Assembly: GCA_951406725.2 (NCBI GenBank)
Contig: OX597825.1
Coordinates: forward strand, 50,778,001-50,842,000
Length of the DNA stretch: 64,000 bases
Direction: 5' to 3'
Origin: Octopus vulgaris
Lineage: Eukaryota
The notes under the pieces were generated by a model, which worked only from the letters and a program-made list of their open reading frames with translations, was not told the origin of the DNA and did no database searches. The position numbers and the translations under genes were made by a program. This document shows positions 51,243 to 64,000 of this stretch, piece after piece (the first letter of the stretch is position 1; the number at the start of each line of letters is the position of its first letter).

Positions 51243-52539
51243 CTACTACTGTGCACCTTTACTTCTGCTTACAGTTAATACAGTTTACCAATATTATTGT
51301 GTACCAAGCCTACTGTGTACCACTACGATGTACCGTTACTACAATGAACGAATATTATTCTGTACAATTATTACAGTAAACGTCAAAAGAAATCCTTATT
51401 ACAGTAAACATTGCTACTGTGTACCGATAGTACTATGTACAATTACTCTCGAGTATCCTTACTGCTCTGTACCATTAGACCTGTGTACGATTACTGCATT
51501 GTACCGCGACTACTGTTCATAGATAATACTGCCTATCGTTACTACTGTGCAATGTTACTTTTGTGTATCGTACTGTGTACAGTTACTAATTTGAACCATT
51601 AATGTCTACCATTAGTACTGTGTACTGTTACTACTTCGCACCGTTACAACTGTATGCTATGATTACTACGTACCATAACTACTTCCCGCAATTACTACTA
51701 TATACTATTAGTAAAGTGTACCATAATTACTGTGTACCAACATTACTGAGTGCCATTTCCACTGCCTACCATTAATACTGTATACTATTAGTACAGTGTG
51801 TCGTTAACTCTGTTTGCTATTACTACTGTGTACCATTACCAATATAAACCATTGTTATTCGGTTACATTACTTACTGTGTATCATTATTATAGTGTACCA
51901 TTACTACTGTGTACAGTTACTACTGTGTACCTTACTAAAGTGTACCCTTCAACTCTGTAACACTCCTTTAACACTCCTTCTATGCACCATTACAACTCTG
52001 TATCATTAGTACACTGTACTATTATTTCTGTGTACTGGGATCGGGTCAATGTAATCGACTTCCTCCTCCCCTCAAAAACTGCTCGTCTAATGCCAAAATT
52101 TGAAACCGTTATTACTGAGTACCATAACTATTTATCTCTGTAACTACTGTGTACAATTACTATTGTCTGCCTTCACTATTTGTACCATTATTACTGAGTA
52201 CCATTAGGAGAGTGTGCCATAACAAATGGGTATCTTTTCTACTGTGTACCAGTGGTAATGTGTAATATCAATTGTGTTTCGTTGTAACTGTGTACTATCT
52301 GTATTGCGATTAGTCACAAAAGTTTTACCGATAACACCATTATTACTTCTGTGTCACTGTGTACTTTTAATACTGTATGCTATTACTACTCTCTGTCATA
52401 TGTAATCTGTATCATCCCAACTGTTTCCTGTTTCTACCCTGTTTCACAGGTATAGAACATGTCCGGTAGATTGCTCAAATGATAGAGATATTTCCTTGAA
52501 ATAGATTGTTTGTAAGCGAATTATTCATGTTACCTCTGA

Positions 52540-52846
52540 ATGAAGATGCATGGCATAGTAGTTCGGGTATTCAGCTCATGATCGTAAGGTCCTGAGTCCA
52601 GTTCTCGATGACGCGTAGTGCCCCTGAGCAAGACACTTTATTTCACGTTGCTGGAGTGGCCCACTCCACTCAGATGGCAAAAATGAGTAGTACCTGTACT
52701 TCAAAGTGCCAGCCTTGTCACACTCTATGTCACACTGAAACTCCCTGGGAACTACGTTAAGGATACACGTGTCTGTGGAGTTCTCAGCCACTTGCACGTT
52801 AATTTCAGTTGATCGAATCTTCGTCGTCGTAATCGACGGAATTTCA
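52540..52846 (+). mobile_element. tRNA-derived SINE family C
   Basis: Aligns with 32575-32879; includes CCTGAGCAAGACACTTTATTTCACGTTGCT core. Confidence 0.85.
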
Positions 52847-52949
52847 GCTCTGAATGTTCAAACGATCCGAAATTTTGCTTATTGTTTTGTTAACCGCGTA
52901 CCTAATTAAGTCGTTTATAAAAGGATTTTAATATTTTTGTAAATGAATT

Positions 52950-53620
52950 AATCATAAAATCAAATAATCTAAAAATAATTTTGCTCAAAATCGTTATCAT
53001 GTATTGAAACATCGCTTTGTAAGTGTTGAAGAGAAATACTTTCGGTGCGATGGAGACTGTATATAACGTGTAACTCTTACTAACATAAGGCAACCCGATA
53101 AACAATAGGGAATGTTGTATCCTACGCGCATCAATGGGATCACTTCATATATTAGGAATAACTACTATATATATTCTTAGATCATACTCTACAGTATACA
53201 GTAAACAGACGTCGTCATAAAACAGTGTGCTCCTGGTCAGCAGGCTTAGGTTTATATATTTGCACAATCAGTAAGGATCTGAAGCAAAAGAACAATAAAA
53301 TCAACTAACTTATCTCGAGGAATTTCTTCTAAATTTCCACCGTTCTGTTGTTGCTTAAAATATATTAACAAAAGATTAAAGAATCAGCTGAAAATAAGAA
53401 TCTCTACCATTATCGACGGTTCCTGTTATGTCTGTAATTATCGAAGAGAACTGGCACTAAAAGAAGTTCTTAGAATCATAAAACGAACAGAAAACTAAAT
53501 ACAATTAAAAGGCTAAATGTAGTTTATAATCCTGTATTAGCATCCATAAATCTAGAGTAATTCCTTTAATCCTTCTCCAAAGAACTCATAGCTTCCAAGA
53601 CTTTTTCAAAGGTTTACACG
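52950..53620 (-). mobile_element. Very decayed LINE RT remnant
   Basis: Weak minus-strand motifs: FEKV (AFDKV-like, ~53605), SLLFI (~53105), LFYDDV (FADD-like, ~53215). The order of the last two is inconsistent with an intact RT, so the call is tentative. Confidence 0.2.
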
Positions 53621-53671
53621 ATTTGTTTTATGAACAAATATTTATTTTTTCTTCTTGTGCACATTTTTGTT

Positions 53672-53736
<65 letters not shown>

Positions 53737-54164
53737 ATATGTGTATAAACATATACACATTCACAAATATTTTTTATATATATACATCTATATATGTATA
53801 CATACGTCGACATATATGTGTGTATGTGTGTTTGTGAGAGTGAATTATACATATATAAATCTATATGTATACATCTATATGCATGCACACATATTAAATG
53901 AATATAGGCACACATAATAATACACACACACATATATATATATTCAGAGAGAGAGGGAGAGAGAGAGAAAGAGAGAGAGAGTGGATAGGATGAGAGAGAC
54001 ATTGTATACATATACATAGTATATACATTTATGTTAATATAAAAATAGTTTTGTAAATGCATACACACACGCACTCAATTGAATCTGAATGTTTACTTCA
54101 CTCTAGTTTCACGGCATTACGAACTTACCCATAGCAGCACACACACACGCACACACACACACAC

Positions 54165-54243
<79 letters not shown>

Positions 54244-54617
54244 CACACAAACACACAGACACGCGCGCTCAGGCACACACACACACACTTGTATTTGCTT
54301 TATGCAAATATATGTTTTTGTGTATATGTAAACACATGTAATGAACAGTCTACCTGTCTCTCCTAGTCTACTTATCCTCATAAAACAATACAATCTAAGG
54401 AAACTAGTGATGGTCTGTGTTGGTAAATAGTGATTACAAACATTCACAAAGGGAAATAAGTTACTTTACTGTGAGGAGAAAATCTAATGTTTCAGCCCAG
54501 CACTTCATATTTACGAAAATGTCTGCCAGAATGATATCTTACAGAGAAAAGTTATTGCTATATCTCTGCATATAACTTTCTATGTATTCTGAATTTGATC
54601 GGTTAATAAAAAGATAA

Positions 54618-54676
<59 letters not shown>

Positions 54677-54677
<1 letters not shown>

Positions 54678-55180
54678 TGATCTTAACTGATTGGTAGTGT
54701 TATCATGTACATTGTTTTGTCTTGGTATAAAAGATGGGCTACAGCAAATATTCTGCTCATTACCACAGGTTTGCTTGTCAGTTGTTTGACCTTAACCAGT
54801 TGAGCATGTCCCTTAGTGGCTGACAATATGTGCATCTCTGATCACTAGCAGAAGTAGTGGGGAGCATCATAGACATACATTGAGAGGGATTCTTTGGGGT
54901 TTGAATAATTCACCTCTGGAAACATGGATGTTTCGTTCAACATCCTTAAACAACCCTTATTCAGGGATCATTTGAGCCGGATGGACTACTCGACCACAAG
55001 AAAATTCCAACTAGGCCCCACCTGCAAGGTCATGTGCTGTTTATCTTGATATGAGATCGCCATGTCGCGCACATATGGTTGTGATTCATGTGCCTATGTA
55101 CACTTATCAGACGGGTAGTCATGATGAGTATAGTGGGCTTCGTATATTTTACCCCAGTGTCACTTTGATGGCATGCACTG

Positions 55181-55190
<10 letters not shown>
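54677..55190 (+). mobile_element. ~550-bp non-coding interspersed repeat, copy 3 (5'-truncated), embedded in (AAT)n
   Basis: Aligns with copies 1 and 2. (AAT)n at 54618-54676 upstream; (CT)n then (AAT)n downstream. Confidence 0.9.
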
Positions 55191-55212
<22 letters not shown>

Positions 55213-55230
55213 ATAATAATAATAATAATG

Positions 55231-55285
<55 letters not shown>

Positions 55286-55399
55286 TAGCAATAATAACAA
55301 TAATATATATTTGTTGTTTACTTGCTTCAGCTTAATTTCATATTAATTGTATTTTGGTCAGATTCTTTCGTCACATTTCTGTGACCTCATCAGTGGTCA

Positions 55400-56110
55400 T
55401 TTGCTTTCTTCTTTCTCAGGATATAGCCATAGTGAAAGGATCAGAGTATATAAAGGAGCCATGAGGAAATTTGAAACTATCTTATGTACTGATAGGAATG
55501 GGATTTTCCCACTCTATAGGAGCAAGTCATGCAATACAATTGAAAGGACTAAGAAGGAAATAGGGAATGTCAGCTCATAGTATAATAGCCACAAATACCA
55601 GAGTGTCCTGTTCGTCGATACCACCCCTAGAGGCGAACTGGCGTACTGCTTTAAAAGGGCCCTAGACAAGCTTAAGAATTGAGGTTGTAGAAAGGCCAGG
55701 TAACCCTATCAAATCCATTATCGGTAAAACCTACCCTTTTAATAGAACCCCCTGTACGGATAGGAACCGTATTGTATGTAGATTTAGCCCACAAACTATA
55801 AAGCTAGGGATGTAGTCTATAGTATAAGATGTACAGGGGGACGGTGCAGAAAAAAGACAACGACGTACGTAGGGAAAACGGCACGGAGAATAGGAGAGTG
55901 AATAAGAGCATTGGAGGGAACATAAGGAAGAGAAGAGCCCATCGGTTTTATACCAGCACGCCGGGCGGGAAAATGGTGGCTCACTCAACGACATAGAAGT
56001 AAAAATCTTGTCCACACATAGAACAGACGCCACGCTTATGGAAGCAATACACATTATAGAAGGTACACCTAGCCTAAGTAAAAAAATGGAATGGAACACT
56101 AGCACCTCCC
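55400..56110 (+). mobile_element. Penelope-like element 3' fragment with Cys-rich linker and GIY-YIG endonuclease
   Basis: SGYSHSERIRVYKGAMRKF..GIFPLYRSK, SVLFVDTTPRGELA, EVVE.AG, PCTDRNRIVC, RDVVYSIRC..TYVGKTARRIGE..EH, SVLYQH, EAIHI....PSLSKKMEW. Confidence 0.78.
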
Positions 56111-56584
56111 ATCTCTGCCATACACACACACCACAACCTATGACAGAATCAGATCCGCATAAACTAATAATAATATGAAACTAATACAATAGACAGATAA
56201 ATAAATGGAATTAAATAATTATATAGATAAACAACTTATAATAAAGTAAAATTAATACAAGAAAAATAAAGAAATGAAATAGTAAGGAGATAAAAACAAA
56301 TGAATAAAATAAATTAAATTAAATTAAATGAACGTGAATATACAGAGGATATTGTTTATGCAGGTACCATACACATCACCCCCCCCCCCCACACACACAC
56401 ACTTACTTGACATAGAAACACAGAAATATACGCATGCGCAAATAAAGACACATACAACAGGAATACAAAATGGCAGATCGTTAGGAAGAGAGACATAAAA
56501 AAGAAGAAAGCAAAGCATCACTGAATGAAGTCGCAGAAGTGTGACGAAAGAACACTTTATGTGAACATTTTTCTGGTTGAAATG

Positions 56585-56818
56585 CACCGAAAAATGGCGA
56601 CACAGCAGTCAAAACACCTCTTTGATGTAAATAATTTTTGGTCTTAACATGGTCCGATTTGAATTTTTTCTTCTACGGAATGAAGAGCAAGCCTTCTTCT
56701 ATCATACTCTCAATTTTGGTCAACTTGCCCTATAGAGTGGGCAAATCCCATATAGAGTGTTAGTTCAAGGATTCCAAACCTGCCACACACACACAACTTC
56801 AGCCTTATATATAAAGAT
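56585..56818 (+). mobile_element. Possible Helitron-like non-autonomous element end
   Basis: Ends ...CACACACACAACTTCAGCCTTATATATAAAGAT, an architecture similar to the units at 46145-46712. Confidence 0.3.
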
Positions 56819-56830
56819 ATATATATATAT

Positions 56831-56866
<36 letters not shown>

Positions 56867-56983
56867 CTTAAATATAGGGTAAAAAATCATTAATTAATAA
56901 TTAATAAATTTTACCCAGTACTTTTCGGTATGGGAAAGAACCATATTCAATAAAAACTTATACAAGAAGTTTTAAATATATAT

Positions 56984-57201
56984 TTATAACAATAATTAAG
57001 GGTTTAGCAACAGTTGCTTCACCACATACCGAAAATTTAGAAATAGCTCCCAAAAGACCGTTATTTCTTTTCGCTACAAAATATGACTCTACAGATAACA
57101 ATATCTGTAGCGAAAAGAAAGAACGGTCTTTTGGCTGCTATTTCTAAATTTTCGGTATGTGGTGAAACAACTTGTTGCTAAACCCTTAATTATTGTTATA
57201 A
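56984..57201. repeat. 218-bp imperfect palindrome (~100-bp arms, ~17-bp spacer), probably an inverted Penelope-type terminus
   Basis: TTATAACAATAATTAAGGGTTTAGCAACAGTTGCTTCACCACATACCGAAAATTTAGAAATAGC..CCAAAAGACCGTT..TTTTCGCTACA is mirrored at 57101-57201. Confidence 0.93.
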
Positions 57202-57606
57202 TTATATATATATATATATTACCGTTCACATAATATTTAACGTTGTGTGAACGATAATATTTTGGAAACAAAAGTGTTTAATATTTAATTTCATATGAGT
57301 ATAATTGCTTGTGTGTATATGTGTGTGCGTGCGCGCACGATTGTGTATATGCCTGTGTGCGTGTGTGTGCCTGAGTGTGTGTGCCTGCGCGTGTGTATAT
57401 GCGTGTGTGTGTGTGCGCGCGTGCGCGTGTATACGTGTGTGAGAGAGAGAGAGGCAGAGGGGGAGAGAGAGTAAAGGAGAGAGAGAGTAAAGGAGAGAGA
57501 GAGAAACTGATAGTTTCTCATGTGTAGAAGTTCGTGATGTATGTGTGCGTGTCTGTGAGAGGGAGAAAGAGAGTGTGTGTATGTGAGAGAGAGTATGTGT
57601 GCGTGT

Positions 57607-57780
57607 CTATGTCTTTGCCTGTATCCCCCACTGCTTGATAATCGGTGTTAGCTTGGTTATGATATCATAACTTAGCGGTTTGGAAAAGAGATCGATGGAA
57701 TAAGTACCAGACATAGCAAGTAAGTATTCCTTCAAGGAAGTGCCCCAGAATTGCGCATTCCAATGATTGAAACACGTAAA
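57607..57780 (+). mobile_element. SINE family A, 3' module, degenerate
   Basis: TAACTTAGCGGTTTGGAAAAGAGATCGATGGAATAAGTACCAG...ATGATTGAAACACGTAAA. Confidence 0.7.
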
Positions 57781-58788
57781 TATATTCATATATTTGCGTA
57801 TGCGCATGTGTGCGTGTGTAAGAGTCTCAATATATACAAATACATTATGCATTCTGCGAAAATTAACTGATGCAGTACTGTGTATCGGGGCACAGTGGAA
57901 AGATATTTTTATCGTATCAAAAGGTCTTTGTTAACCCGAGCTTCACATCGCGAATGTCCAATACTTAAAATTTGTTTTCGAATATAGTGCATGTATTTCT
58001 CAGCAAAGTCTACAATTGCGACCAGCCGCGAAGCAGAACTAGATTACAGTGTAATTTGAACATTTGGAGAACATCTTCGAAAACACCAGTACTTTTATTA
58101 TGAAGGATTTTCCAATCAACGAGTAGAATTTCTAATAGTGAGTATTTATAAGATGCTTGTAAAGTTGTTCAAGCTGTCGATGACAGACTTGTTATAGTTC
58201 TTTTCTATAATTCTTGTCTGTTGATTGACTTTGGAGTTGACATCAAAGAAATTTTTTTAGTTAATTTTTCCTTTTCTGGGTTATCTATTTCAGGTTGGAT
58301 AAAGATAATGTCTTCCAGTGTGATGTATGGTTGTCGAGGTGCTAAATATGTTGTTATGCTTTTTATATTTTTGTCATTTCCAGTGCTACTCAGTTGATTT
58401 CGTTCCTTACACAAGGGTTTGCTTTTTCCGTGTTTTAGCTTTTATTTTCGAGAATAATTAATGATTGGTGCCTTTAAGGCATGGACATTTTGTCTTTGAA
58501 TATGAAGACTGCTGCTGACTTTCAAAATCTCTTTTTGAAGATGTTTCAATCTTACTTTTCGTATCATATTAGATAAGTCTGTTTCGATCTGTTTTCGCTT
58601 CTTAATTATTCATGGACAGCTTTGTTTTCAGAAGTCAAATATTTTCCATGTGGGTGTGTTTCGGAATATAAATATTTATTCTGAATTTTATTTAATGTAT
58701 AATTTATTTCCCTGTATACTTCACTTCATGCAAGACTTCATTTCATTATCCATGCCCGCACTTTTTGAAGGCAGATATAGGCACACAC

Positions 58789-58880
<92 letters not shown>

Positions 58881-58894
58881 ACACACACCAGCAC

Positions 58895-59718
58895 ACCGTA
58901 AAATCAATCTATTCATGATCTTGTCAAAGAGAGTGATATTCATAATTTGTCGCAGATGGCTTACCATATATGCGTGTAACTTGTCTGCATGAGCTTTATA
59001 AACTGTTCTAGTTTCCTAGACTGTCCAGGTTTCATAGATCGTGGAAGAAAGCACCATAGCCTGGTATGCCTCACACTTGATGCATATAGAAGCATCACAA
59101 TCTCTCCTGCAGCCCTCAAATAACGCATAATTCTGCTGATCCTGCATGCAGTTTCTTGGTTCAGTCGTACATTATCTGATATGGGGCTGCTTTGGTATTT
59201 GAATGTTTTGCACTAGACCAGCCTGGCATGTCTAATGGTGATGTTTTCTTCTTACAGAGCTCGGTAGTTTCATCACACTTTGTTAATAGCATTCGATTTT
59301 GTTTCACGTTAATCTCTAAGCTAAACTGTTATATAGCTCTATTAGGACCGTGGGCAGCCAAATCACTATCATCAGCGAACAGCATCTCTCGTACTAGGGC
59401 CTTTGCTTCATACTGTGAAGCGTTGAACGGATCAGCATCATGCCGTGTCTGGATGAAAATCATCCCTCAATCTTCTCCGAAGTCATCTACCAACACTGCT
59501 GCAAGATAGAGGGAGAACAGAGCTCGAGCAAGTATTCAACCATGTTTGACTCTATTCGTCCCTGCTAACTTCCATGAACCTGAACTAGTGGATAAACCTT
59601 CAAGGACATCTAGTGAGCGGATGATGCATATGTTAGAAGTGTTGATAGACTTCACAAAGGCTTTTCACACAGAATACTGCGATGGACTTTGGGTGGTCCT
59701 TAAGAAATACGGATGTTT
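58895..59718 (-). mobile_element. RTE (BovB-like) LINE RT fragment with inverted 5' segment
   Basis: Minus strand: NRVKHG*ILARALFSLYLAAVL, LVREMLFADDSDLAAH, YQAMVLSSTIY, HLRQIMNI. Plus strand ~59625-59718: LIDFTKAFHT..DGLWVVLKKYGC. Confidence 0.85.
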
Positions 59719-59964
59719 GTTATATATTAATATACATAAATATAAGTGCGCACTTGATATAAATATAAGTGCGCGCGCACATACACACATACACACACGA
59801 ACACTCACAGATATACAGTATATATATATATAGTGTACTGTTCCGTGGTGCTAAGATCAACAAAAGCACTCCACCTGATGAGAGATAAATATTATCAAAT
59901 AAACATAATATATGTTTTTATGATCTACTATTTTTTACACGTCTGATGTCCTAGCACAATCATC

Positions 59965-60480
59965 AGACACTGATGCTCTCAGCCTATGAAACTAATAGTA
60001 GCACATTAAGAATTCGTCCTCCAGGGCCAGACCGCCAATAGACAGTTCTGCTGCAACGTTTTTAAGTGTTTGAGAGAGAATATTCGGTGAAAGCGACTGG
60101 ATCCGTGGTGCACGAAAAATTGAATTCTTCACAATGACAACACACCCTGACACCGAGTTATCCCCACTCGTGACTTTCTCACCCAAAACAAAACGGTATC
60201 ACTTCCACACCAACCCTCTTCGCCATATTTAACCTACGGACTTCTATCTCTTCAACAAAATGCAGCCCAAAGGTCGCTGTTTTAACAAAGTTGTCGAGAT
60301 CCCGGGCGAATCGCTTACGGAAGAGGACTTCTAGGCAGGATTCCCAAACTGACAAGGATGCTGAGACCGGTGTATTGCTGCACAAGGTAACTATTCCAAA
60401 GGAGATGATGTTAAAACTTAGGTAAAGAAGTTATTTTCTATTAAACATAACTAGTCCGGAAACTTTTTGATACTTCTTCG
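59965..60480 (+). mobile_element. Mariner transposon 3' fragment
   Basis: EFVLQGQTANRQFCCNVFKCLRENIR*KR..ILHNDNTP*HR, C-terminal CIAAQGNYSKGD, 3' TIR GTCCGGAAACTTTTTGATACTTCTTCG followed by TA. Confidence 0.88.
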
Positions 60481-60581
60481 TATGTATACGGATGTGCGTA
60501 TACTGACGAAATATTTCTTCTCGTTTTGGTAATGAAATCTAGTTTTGCATTATGTGACAAAACTACTTGCACAATGTAACC

Positions 60582-60745
60582 AACGGGCTTCTGGTTACTT
60601 TCCGCCTAATCAATTCCACTGACAACATAAGGGGCGATTTATAGTCCTAGAATTATGAAATTTGCCTAAGATGCCAGGTAGTTGTATCGAACTACGGAAT
60701 TCTGGATGTGAAGCGAATTTCTTACCCACTGGTTCGTACTGCGCC
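60582..60745 (-). mobile_element. SINE family A, 5' module, highly degenerate
   Basis: Reverse complement GGCGCAGTAC..GTGGGTAAGAAATTCGCTTC..GGCATCTTAGGCAAAT..AGAAGCCCGTT. Confidence 0.55.
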
Positions 60746-60987
60746 GATGTATATGTATAGTTTACTTTTTTTTTTGGTGGGGGTGTGGAGCTTTAATCTT
60801 TTACTCAGGCAATTTGACCTTTATATTTTCAAGGTAAAAGATTAAATCCAATAAAGCGTAAAAGAGCTAAAACTACTGACATATCTTATACCTACTAAAA
60901 GAAACACACCTCAATACTTAGACCTACTTACAAAGTTCTACATACACGAATTCTAAACAATAGAATAATCCCAAATTTAATCATATA

Positions 60988-61150
60988 GGAGCAGAAGTGG
61001 CTGTGTGGTAAGTAGAGTTGCTTACCAACTACATGGTTCCGGGTTCAGTCCCACTGCGTAGCAACTTGGGCAAGTGTCTTCTACTACAGCCTCGGGCCGA
61101 CCAAAGACTTGTGAGTGGATTTGGTTGACGGAAACTGAAAGAAGCCCATC

Positions 61151-61203
<53 letters not shown>

Positions 61204-61400
61204 TGTGGGAGGGGTGCTTGACAACCGATGTTGGTATGTTTACGTCCCCGTAACTTAGCGGTTCGGCAAAAGAGAACGATAGAATAAGTACTGAGCTTAC
61301 AAAGAATAAGTCCTGGGGTCGATTTGTTCGGCTAAAGATGGTGCTCCAGTATGGCTGCAGTCAAATGACTGAAACACATAATAGAATAAAAGAATTAAAA
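60988..61400 (+). mobile_element. SINE family A, full length, with internal (TA)n
   Basis: GGAGCAGAAGTGGCTGTGTGGTAAG (A box), CCGGGTTCAGTCCC (B box), CTTGGGCAAGTGTCTT, 3' module to GACTGAAACA..AATAAAAG. Confidence 0.92.
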
Positions 61401-62608
61401 TGTCTGCAAAACACCACTCCATACCAACCGACACAAAACACATACTTTAGAAATTATTTTTTAACTCAACAGAGACTATATAAAGCTAAGATTAACTTCA
61501 ATGTATCGCAGTCCTACTATATCTTAACTGGCCGAAACTTCGAAGTCACTAAAAATAATATTTATGTTTAAGAAAAATAAATGTGTTCTCTATAAAAGTA
61601 TAGAGTAACCAAACAAATTATTGTAAAATTGTTTTTTTATAACTAAACATAAAAGCAAATATCAACATATGAGGGTGCGTGTGTATACATTCATATATGT
61701 ATATATATATATGTATGTATATATATATATTTATACACACCCATATACATGCATACAAACTCACACCATACATACACAAACACAGGCATATATACAAACA
61801 TACATGTGTGTTGGCGTGTATGTATATTTATACAGTAGTATGTATGTTTATCACAGCTGTCATGGGATTCAGAGCCTTCTCTGTCGAGAATTGTCGAAAG
61901 TTCAGTACACTTCATTTATTGCTTGACAATCATTATTTATTGGTGAAGTGTGACCGAAAAAAATGGATTTAGTCATTGACACCACTAGCATAGAAATTGT
62001 ATGAAATTAAATAAACACTCCGAACACTCACAGTCTCTGTCATCTCACTTTCTCTCTCTCCGTCTCCGTGTCTGTATCTCTGCTTCTCTCCGTTACAGTA
62101 CCATTTATCAGTCTCAACAAAAGAAGTCAACAGGGTAAATCATTGGCAACAAAAGAAGATGAGGACGAAGAAAAGAAGAAAAAGAAGACGAAGAAGTAAA
62201 GGAAAAAAAGAGTTATCTCTTCATTATTATATTCATTTCTCAGAGGAAAAAAAAAAACTATTTTAATGAATTATTTATCATAGCACACGATTGTAAAATG
62301 GCCGACAAATCATAGTAGCCATATTATTTTTGTTTTGTTATCTTTGTTGTTGTTCTTTTTGTTATCTTTTGTTGATTTTGTCGTTGTAGTGGTGGTGGTT
62401 TTTAATGTTAGTTTTCGTCATATTTATTTATGTTTTTTTTTGTTTTCTTCATTTCTTTTGATGGAGAACACTGATTTAGCATAACGCACTATGAATTCTT
62501 TCAGTAAGTCTCTGAAATCTTCTCTTGTAATAAAAAATTAAATCATATGACTTACTTGAAGAAAAATAGGCGGGGAGGAACAGAAGAAAGAGAGAAATAT
62601 GTACACAA

Positions 62609-62650
<42 letters not shown>

Positions 62651-63671
62651 ACATACGTACATACGTACATATATGTATGCTTATATATAAATATCTAAAT
62701 ATATGTGTGTGTAAAAGAAAGAGAGTGTGTGAGTGTGTGTGTGTGTGTGTGCGAGTGAATATGTGTGTGGTTAAAAAGAAACGAAAAAGATTGACATTAT
62801 CAGGTCACTGTTAAGTATCATGTGTTGTAGTGAATAGGCAATAGCGAGACCAAGTGCTGAACTCTGGGGTAATACTGGATAAGAGTTTGGTAAATAGCAG
62901 TGATACATGCAAAAGATATTGAATTTTGGTATAGAATATGAGAAAGAGGGTGGCAGAGAAAGCGAAAGAAGGCATGTGTATGTGAGAGAGAAAGAAGGCG
63001 AGAGAAAGAGAGAGTATTAAGTATTAAGAGTAAGTGGGGGATGACAGAGTTTGAAAATATATATGAGTAGAATGGCGGCCCTTCATGTTCTGAATTTATG
63101 TCTCAGTTGAGGTCAACACTGTCTTCTACTCTTGTGGGGTCGTTGAAATATTGTATCAGTGAAAAGTCGATATATTTCTGTAAAGATATATCGATATGAA
63201 CAGAATTCTAATTGAAGGTGGCAATAGAAATAAATAAGTAGAAAGTTAGTTGACAAAGTATACATACAGGCTGTAGGGAATCAGAAAAAGAAGGATAGAG
63301 TGAGAAGGGGGCAGGGCATGAAAGAAAGATGGCAAAAGGAAATGGTTGTAGGGAGTGATCAAAATTTCAATGAGAGCGAAGTAAAAGGGAAAGGAGTGAA
63401 TTAGATAGCGCTGAGATAAGACAACGGCCACAAAGCACTAGTTAAGAATGCGCACACACTCATACATAGAAATATTTTATAGATCTACGTGGATATGAAT
63501 ATGTGTATATGTGTATTAATTATATAGACTATGCATGTATTTATGTATATATATATTTATAATGTATATGCGTGTATGTATACGCATTATATTTATATTA
63601 ATATTTTCATCCTTCGACATTTCAAGGGAATTAAGAATATAGACGGTTTATTTACTTAAGGAGTGACTGAG

Positions 63672-63835
63672 AGCGCAGGAGTGGCTATGTGGTAAGTAGT
63701 TCTGCTTACCAATCACATGGTTCCGGGTTCAGTCCTACTCCGTGGCACCTTAGACAAGTATTTTCCACTATAGCCTTGGAACGACCAAAGCTTTGTGAGT
63801 GGATTTGGTAGGCGGAAACTGAAAGGAGCCCGTCG
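63672..63835 (+). mobile_element. SINE family A, 5' module only
   Basis: AGCGCAGGAGTGGCTATGTGGTAAG..CCGGGTTCAGTCC..GGATTTGGTAGGCGGAAACTGAAAGGAGCCCGTCG. Confidence 0.88.
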
Positions 63836-63898
63836 AAGACCTAATACCTAATGTATCAAGCCGATACGTTTTCGCCACCATTTTGAAACAGTCTTGTT

Positions 63899-63970
<72 letters not shown>

Positions 63971-64000
63971 GTATGAGTGTGTAAAGTCCCTTGATTCATT

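Larger units (their letters stand above)
49790..52400. repeat. Old degenerate ~16-bp minisatellite (ATTACTACTGTGTACC-like) interrupted by a SINE, a MITE and a SINE fragment
   Basis: Best units near 51810-51930 (attactactgtgtacc, gttactactgtgtacc). Decayed TGTACAATTA variants from ~49800. Confidence 0.75.

Noticed and set aside
51243-52400. CRISPR-like periodicity
   Set aside because: Units are contiguous and degenerate with no unique spacers and no cas genes; eukaryotic minisatellite.
60988-61060. tRNA gene (also at other SINE heads such as 32575, 47797, 52540, 63672)
   Set aside because: A/B boxes are present, but there is no complete cloverleaf and each continues into a multi-copy SINE body.

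Overview
AT-rich, microsatellite-saturated eukaryotic DNA with no credible host protein-coding gene, rRNA, tRNA or CRISPR array. Almost all listed ORFs are translations of simple repeats or fragments of decayed transposons. The repeat content (tRNA-derived SINEs with internal TA/CA tracts, R4/Dong-like and RTE LINEs, Penelope-like elements, mariners, very dense AAT/TA/CA/TCTA microsatellites) resembles an octopus/coleoid cephalopod genome; this is my inference, not a database result. The window reads as a large intron or gene desert. Main observations: (1) hammerhead-ribozyme cores at the termini of Penelope-like elements, including a type II-topology candidate in a non-coding, direct-repeat-bounded, retrozyme-like family; (2) R4/Dong-type RLE retroelements and a ~550-bp non-coding family that all abut (TAA)n arrays, suggesting microsatellite targeting; (3) several near-perfect long hairpins that could form dsRNA; (4) an apparently full-length Chapaev3-like DNA transposon with a 3-bp TSD; (5) a mariner built from two 5' ends and an RTE with a twin-priming-type inversion; (6) repeat-free islands with clustered homeodomain/Sox/POU motifs that may be enhancers. 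Boundaries of decayed elements are approximate, and all family assignments come from motif recognition by eye.
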